Origin: Chitinophagales bacterium | GTDB taxonomy: Bacteria > Bacteroidota > Bacteroidia > Chitinophagales > LD1 | Assembly (NCBI GenBank): GCA_046329535.1 | Contig: JAXLUN010000004.1 | Span: 261,236 to 325,235 of the forward strand | Length of the DNA stretch: 64,000 nucleotides | Direction: 5' to 3' | Shown: positions 59,691 through 64,000 of the stretch, in pieces | Numbering within the stretch: position 1 is the stretch's first letter | Layout: each line of letters opens with the position of its first letter | Notes under the pieces: generated by a model | What the model saw: only the letters and a program-made list of their open reading frames with translations | Databases searched by the model: none | Told to the model about the DNA's origin: nothing | Made by a program: the position numbers and the translations under genes

Positions 59691-61025
59691 TTACTTATTA
59701 AACCATTTTGAGTCAAAAGTAAACTGGGTGCGAAGCGTGAAGACATTGTCGTGAATATCGTTTGTAAATCCAGTCAGGTTGGTTTTTTCATTCAGCACCA
59801 AATCATAATAAAGCATCAGTTTAACATAATCAGCAGGGCGAAAAACGTAACCGGCTCCAATTGTTTGAAATTTAACATCCGCTATTCCTGCTTTTGCGTC
59901 ATTAAGCGTGGATAGGTCTTTCCCTTTGACCTGAGTGTTAGGATCAAACCAATCGTATTTCAATACCAAGTCGTGTGATATGCTCTGACCCTTTACCTGG
60001 TGGGTAAAGGTTTGGACCAGGTAAGCATACAATCCATTAAACTTACGGGTATAAATATCGTTACCAAGTGTTAGCGGAGTTCCGTCAGAGGTTGCCTGTC
60101 CTGGTTCCGTGCCAAAAATATACTCGCCTCTGAGTGTGGTGGAGCCAATTTTATAGTTGGCGGTCAACTGAACATCGAAGCCGATGTATTCGCGTTTAAA
60201 GAATCGCTTGTTCAGACTTGTTGTATCTGTGTGTTTTTGATAACGCAGTGCTCCGTCCAGTGTATCTTTCCCGAAAGAGTAAAAGTTACTAGTTGATTGA
60301 AGCACTCCTCCATAATAGTAAGACGTCCCTCCGGATAGCTTTATCTTACTGTCCAGAAATTCTTTGTGCAGCACAATCTGACCGATAAAATCTTTTCGCT
60401 TATCAATTTCATTATTGGGTAACCCTGTTCCATTATATATCCCTGCATTGATTTTAAAGAAGGATGCCTTTTTCATGTATTTGGGAGGTTCGATGGTAAG
60501 CATAAATCCTAAATCTCTCTCATTCGGAAAAAGGATTTGACTCATCCGTCCACGTTCGGGAGTTTCACGGGTGCGTGAGGAGTAACCTACTTCGAAGCCA
60601 AATGGCCTGTTCATCATACCTCCGCTTAGTGCAAAGGTATTGAGCCAGGGGTCTACTATCTTACCCCAGGCTTCAATAAAGTTTACACCTGTTTCGTTAA
60701 AGTTTATCTGGGCTGTGGCATAATAGTTTACCACGCCCTTCTTATTCTGGTTGGCAAATTCAAGCTTTACACGACCGCGTCTTATCCTGAACCTATCTGA
60801 TGATTGTGCCGGGAAGTCTCCACCGGCATACGACTTAATACCTACCGTGTCAGCATGCTGATATTGCATTTGTACATAAGCTGATAGATTGAATTTCTTA
60901 AGCCAGTCAAGTGCGGTTTGTTTCCTCTTAACTTCCGCAAGTTCCCTACTCAACGTATCTAATTGATTTTGTGCAGCACCTCGCAGGCTAAGTAGGGTAA
61001 GAAGGAAGGGTAGAAATCTTTTCAT
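59691..61025 (-). CDS. Outer-membrane porin (phosphate-selective porin O/P-like)
   Basis: Signal peptide, N-terminal coiled coil, then alternating barrel strands ending in TFDSKWFNK. Located immediately downstream of the PiT phosphate transporter unit. Confidence 0.7.
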   Translation of the reverse strand: MKRFLPFLLTLLSLRGAAQNQLDTLSRELAEVKRKQTALDWLKKFNLSAYVQMQYQHADTVGIKSYAGGDFPAQSSDRFRIRRGRVKLEFANQNKKGVVNYYATAQINFNETGVNFIEAWGKIVDPWLNTFALSGGMMNRPFGFEVGYSSRTRETPERGRMSQILFPNERDLGFMLTIEPPKYMKKASFFKINAGIYNGTGLPNNEIDKRKDFIGQIVLHKEFLDSKIKLSGGTSYYYGGVLQSTSNFYSFGKDTLDGALRYQKHTDTTSLNKRFFKREYIGFDVQLTANYKIGSTTLRGEYIFGTEPGQATSDGTPLTLGNDIYTRKFNGLYAYLVQTFTHQVKGQSISHDLVLKYDWFDPNTQVKGKDLSTLNDAKAGIADVKFQTIGAGYVFRPADYVKLMLYYDLVLNEKTNLTGFTNDIHDNVFTLRTQFTFDSKWFNK

Positions 61026-61254
61026 GGCTAATGTTTACAAAACGTTATGGTAAGCCGCGAATAAAAAAGAATGATGTTAAGCAAATGTTACGGTTATCAT
61101 AATAGAAAGTTAATAGCTGTCTTAATTATATAGGTAAATGTAAAAAGTGAAGGCTGTTTTTTGTTTTTACAGATTTAATTTTGAATTGATTTTTAAGATT
61201 AAGTAATTGTTGTTATTGCAAAACATAGTTCCACTTAAGCCTGCAAATCGGTAA

Positions 61255-61281
61255 ACAAAAAAGCCCTGCATTGGCAGGGCT
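61255..61281 (-). terminator. Intrinsic terminator after the PiT gene
   Basis: Minus strand reads AGCCCTGC-CAAT-GCAGGGCT followed by TTTTTTG. Confidence 0.7.
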
Positions 61282-61310
61282 TATGAATGTTGAAGTGTAT
61301 AGGGCGTATA

Positions 61311-62357
61311 CTATTCGCCTAGAAAGTGTTTCATTAAAAAATACATCAATGCCCCCATGCTTCCGGAAACAGGAATGGTTAAAATCCAAGCCCAGAGAAT
61401 ATTGAGGGTCATCCCCCAACGCACTGCTGAAATACGTTTGGTGAGACCCACTCCGATAATAGAGCCTGTAATTGTATGAGTCGTAGAAACGGGAATACCT
61501 AACTTCTCGGTAGCAAATAAAGTGATAGCACCTGCAGTTTCCGCAGCAACACCCTCAAACGGAGTAAGTTTAGTGATTTTGCTACCCATGGTTTTTACAA
61601 TTCTCCATCCACCCATCAGCGTTCCCATGCCAATTGCGCTGTAACAGGCAATACTAATCCAGCTAGGGATGTGTTTAATATGTCCGTCTACCTGAACAAT
61701 ATGCATCCAGCTCGGGATATTGTTCGGGTCAACACCGGCTTTGGAAACATAAACCATTAAGGTGGCGGCTATGATACCCATTACCTTTTGTGCATCGTTA
61801 CCTCCATGTCCGATACTGAACAGAGCCGAAGAAACCAGCTGTAGCTTTTTAAAGTATCCATCCATTTTAAAAGGATTGGTTTTTCGGCATAGCCAGAGCA
61901 GAAGTACCGACAGAAAATACGAAAGGGCTAAACCAATTAGTGGTGCCAAGGCTATAAAGTATACGGTTTTTAAAACTTTATCTAAGTTAACTACACTAAA
62001 ACCGGCATGGGCAATAGCTGAGCCAGCAAAACCGCCCATTAGGGTATGCGATGAACTGGATGGTATACCCATATACCAGGTAATCAGATTCCAAACAATG
62101 GCGGCAATCAGCCCGGCCATGATAACGGTAAGGGTGATAGATTCGGGCTTTACGGTTTTGGCCACCGTATCGGCCACTTTAAACTCAGAAATCCAGTAGG
62201 CTACCACATTAAAGAAAGCCGCCCAAACCACTGCCTGAAAAGGAGTTAATACCCGGGTAGATACAATGGTTGCTATAGAATTGGCCGAATCGTGAAATCC
62301 GTTAATGAAATCGAAGATGAGTGCCAGTATGATAATAGCTGCTAATATTTCGAACAT
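61311..62357 (-). CDS. Inorganic phosphate transporter, PiT family
   Basis: GFHDSANSIAT and GHGGNDAQK signature repeats in a multi-pass membrane protein. Confidence 0.92.
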   Translation of the reverse strand: MFEILAAIIILALIFDFINGFHDSANSIATIVSTRVLTPFQAVVWAAFFNVVAYWISEFKVADTVAKTVKPESITLTVIMAGLIAAIVWNLITWYMGIPSSSSHTLMGGFAGSAIAHAGFSVVNLDKVLKTVYFIALAPLIGLALSYFLSVLLLWLCRKTNPFKMDGYFKKLQLVSSALFSIGHGGNDAQKVMGIIAATLMVYVSKAGVDPNNIPSWMHIVQVDGHIKHIPSWISIACYSAIGMGTLMGGWRIVKTMGSKITKLTPFEGVAAETAGAITLFATEKLGIPVSTTHTITGSIIGVGLTKRISAVRWGMTLNILWAWILTIPVSGSMGALMYFLMKHFLGE

Positions 62358-62394
62358 GAATTTTGGGTTTTATTCCCGCTTGGGGCAGGTTTAA

Positions 62395-63039
62395 TTAAGA
62401 GTTCTTGACAATTATGGTTTCAATTACGTTAGCCACATCTTCACATTTGTCTGTAGCAGTTTCCATGTTAGACAGAATCTCCTTTATTTTCAAAATCTTG
62501 ATAGCATCTTTTTCATTATCAAAAAGTTCGGCTATTGCGGTATCAAACACATCATCTGCATGGTTCTCTAAACTATTGATGCGAACAATGGCTTCGCGCA
62601 CGCGCACCACGTTATCCATATCTTTCATGTTTGACACGGCCACATGAATTTCTTTAGCTGAGTGTTCAATGATTTCACACAGCTTTTTCATGGATGTTGA
62701 AGTTTCCCCTATTTTGTAAGTATCCAGTCTTTTTGCAGAACCGTGTATATAGTCAACAATATCATCTAGCGAAGAAGCCAGATAAGAAATATCTTCACGG
62801 TCGAAGGGGGTAATGAAGTTAGTACTTAATTCTGTAAAAATCTGGTGTGTTATTTCATCGCCTACATGTTCCAGATCAGAAATCTTTTTTTGAAGTTCCA
62901 GCCGTTTCTCAACCGGAGCGTTAACCATTTCAGAAAATACCTTTGATATTTCTACCAGGTTGTTTGATGATTCGGAAAACAATTTGAAGAAATTCTTATC
63001 CTTAGGAACCAGAAAAGAGAAAATTTTGCCGAGAGCCAT
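62395..63039 (-). CDS. DUF47 family protein (PhoU-like partner of PiT transporters)
   Basis: 214-aa all-helical protein. The typical N-terminus FLVPKDKNFFKLF and its position directly upstream of the PiT gene. Confidence 0.88.
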   Translation of the reverse strand: MALGKIFSFLVPKDKNFFKLFSESSNNLVEISKVFSEMVNAPVEKRLELQKKISDLEHVGDEITHQIFTELSTNFITPFDREDISYLASSLDDIVDYIHGSAKRLDTYKIGETSTSMKKLCEIIEHSAKEIHVAVSNMKDMDNVVRVREAIVRINSLENHADDVFDTAIAELFDNEKDAIKILKIKEILSNMETATDKCEDVANVIETIIVKNS

Positions 63040-63068
63040 AGTGTGTATTTTTATTTTTTTAGATGTGG

Positions 63069-63076
63069 CAAATCTA
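63069..63076 (-). promoter_or_regulatory. Candidate -7 box of the DUF47-PiT operon
   Basis: Minus strand TAGATTTG (TAnnTTTG), 30 nt upstream of the ATG at 63039. Confidence 0.35.
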
Positions 63077-63201
63077 TGAGTGTAATGTTAAGCCAATATT
63101 AAATCTTCCCCTACCGACCTACTTTCATACTCGGTTGTGTATAACTTTTCAGGAGGTTTAGGATACTTGCGTATTTTTCGCCCCGAATCAAAATCACAAA
63201 A

Positions 63202-64000
63202 ATGAAAAAGACATTACTGATTGTTTTGACCTCGTTTGCTACATTGGCAGGTATAGCGCAAACTACTATTACCAACGGGGGTATGGAGAACTGGACCGGT
63301 AGCGGAACTACCCAGGAACCAACTCAGTGGAACTCTACCAAAAGTGCCGGAGGTACTTATAGTTTGGGCATTTCGTTGGCGCCACAAACCTGTTGGCAAG
63401 AAACAACCAATCCGCACTCCGGTACTTCTTGTGCTAAAGTGCAGACAAAAGCTATTATCGGAAATGTAGTAAATGGGGCATTAACCACCGGTCAAATTAT
63501 GATTAACTCGGCTACGAAAGCGGAGGGCTTTATCAAAACTCAGCCTACTTTACCCGATCATAGAATGGCTTTTACGGCTCGCCCGGATAGTTTTGTTTTT
63601 TGGTACCGGTATACTCCACAGGGGGCTGATTATCCTACCGTGCAAGCTCGTTTACATGTAGGCAATGCGTATGCTCCCGAAACTCCGGTAAACAATAATC
63701 ATCCGGATAGTTCAGTAAACATTATTGCTCGTGCGCTGTGGCAGGGAACTAATACTACAGTGTCGGGCTGGACCAGAATCTGTTTGCCATTTGTATATGC
63801 CGATACTCGTACGCCTCAATATATTTTGGTTACTTCTACCAGTAGCGGTAATCAAACTGGCGGTGTGGACGGTTCTATTTTATGGCTCGATGATTTCGAT
63901 GTAATCTATAACCCAACCATCACTACAGGAACTGTATCTAATCTGGATTATTACGTTTCGGCAGCTATCGGAGCTTACATCAGCGTACCATATACACTTA
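63202..64000 (+). CDS. Secreted protein, possibly PCMD-like (putative carbohydrate metabolism domain); 3' end outside the window
   Basis: Not in the ORF track because it has no stop in the window. ATG at 63202 opens a frame that I translated without stops to base 64000: MKKTLLIVLTSFATLAGIAQ (signal peptide)...GGMENW...WNSTK...ILWLDDFDVIYN. Confidence 0.65.
   Translation, partial: MKKTLLIVLTSFATLAGIAQTTITNGGMENWTGSGTTQEPTQWNSTKSAGGTYSLGISLAPQTCWQETTNPHSGTSCAKVQTKAIIGNVVNGALTTGQIMINSATKAEGFIKTQPTLPDHRMAFTARPDSFVFWYRYTPQGADYPTVQARLHVGNAYAPETPVNNNHPDSSVNIIARALWQGTNTTVSGWTRICLPFVYADTRTPQYILVTSTSSGNQTGGVDGSILWLDDFDVIYNPTITTGTVSNLDYYVSAAIGAYISVPYTL

Noticed and set aside
61213-62199. 68-aa minus-strand ORF spanning the PiT terminator and 145-aa plus-strand ORF opposite the PiT gene
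   Set aside because: The first crosses a terminator hairpin and overlaps the PiT stop region. The second is antisense to a signature-bearing transporter gene.

Overview
This window looks like an ordinary chromosomal stretch from a Bacteroidota genome. Supporting signs are Bacteroidota-type TAnnTTTG -7 boxes and many proteins ending in type IX secretion (T9SS) sorting domains of both the Por_Secre_tail and the gliding-motility C-terminal kind. I call 48 protein genes (two run off the window edges), one tRNA-Pro(GGG), several intrinsic terminators, four candidate promoters and four repeat features (two intergenic arrays, two in-gene module sets). Housekeeping genes include rplT, rpmI, ribD, an RdgB-type NTP pyrophosphatase, an RsmB-like methyltransferase, DAHP synthase, a PurM-superfamily protein, a PiT/DUF47 phosphate module and a MacAB-like ABC exporter. 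These are mixed with eight T9SS cargo genes: a 1472-aa CotH-kinase/lamin-tail protein, a 1629-aa SprB-repeat adhesin, a 1078-aa PKD protein, an FG-GAP protein, an SGNH esterase, an M4/M36-like protease and two others. I found no transposase, integrase, CRISPR array, cas gene or recognisable defence system, and no convincing novel multi-gene system. The most unusual items are non-coding. One is a 42-bp x 8.5 tandem array of interlocking hairpins with compensatory stem changes (50447-50872). The other is a 21-bp x 10 array with an invariant TTTAGAA core (2412-2621). Both sit just 3' of genes. Secondary leads are a tightly coupled, markedly AT-rich operon (ABC exporter, ribulose-phosphate-epimerase/CBS fusion, DAHP synthase, PurM-like protein), an orphan nuclease-like gene, a G8 tract inside a surface-protein gene, and rpmI-rplT without infC. 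All family names come from motifs I recognised by eye; no searches were run.
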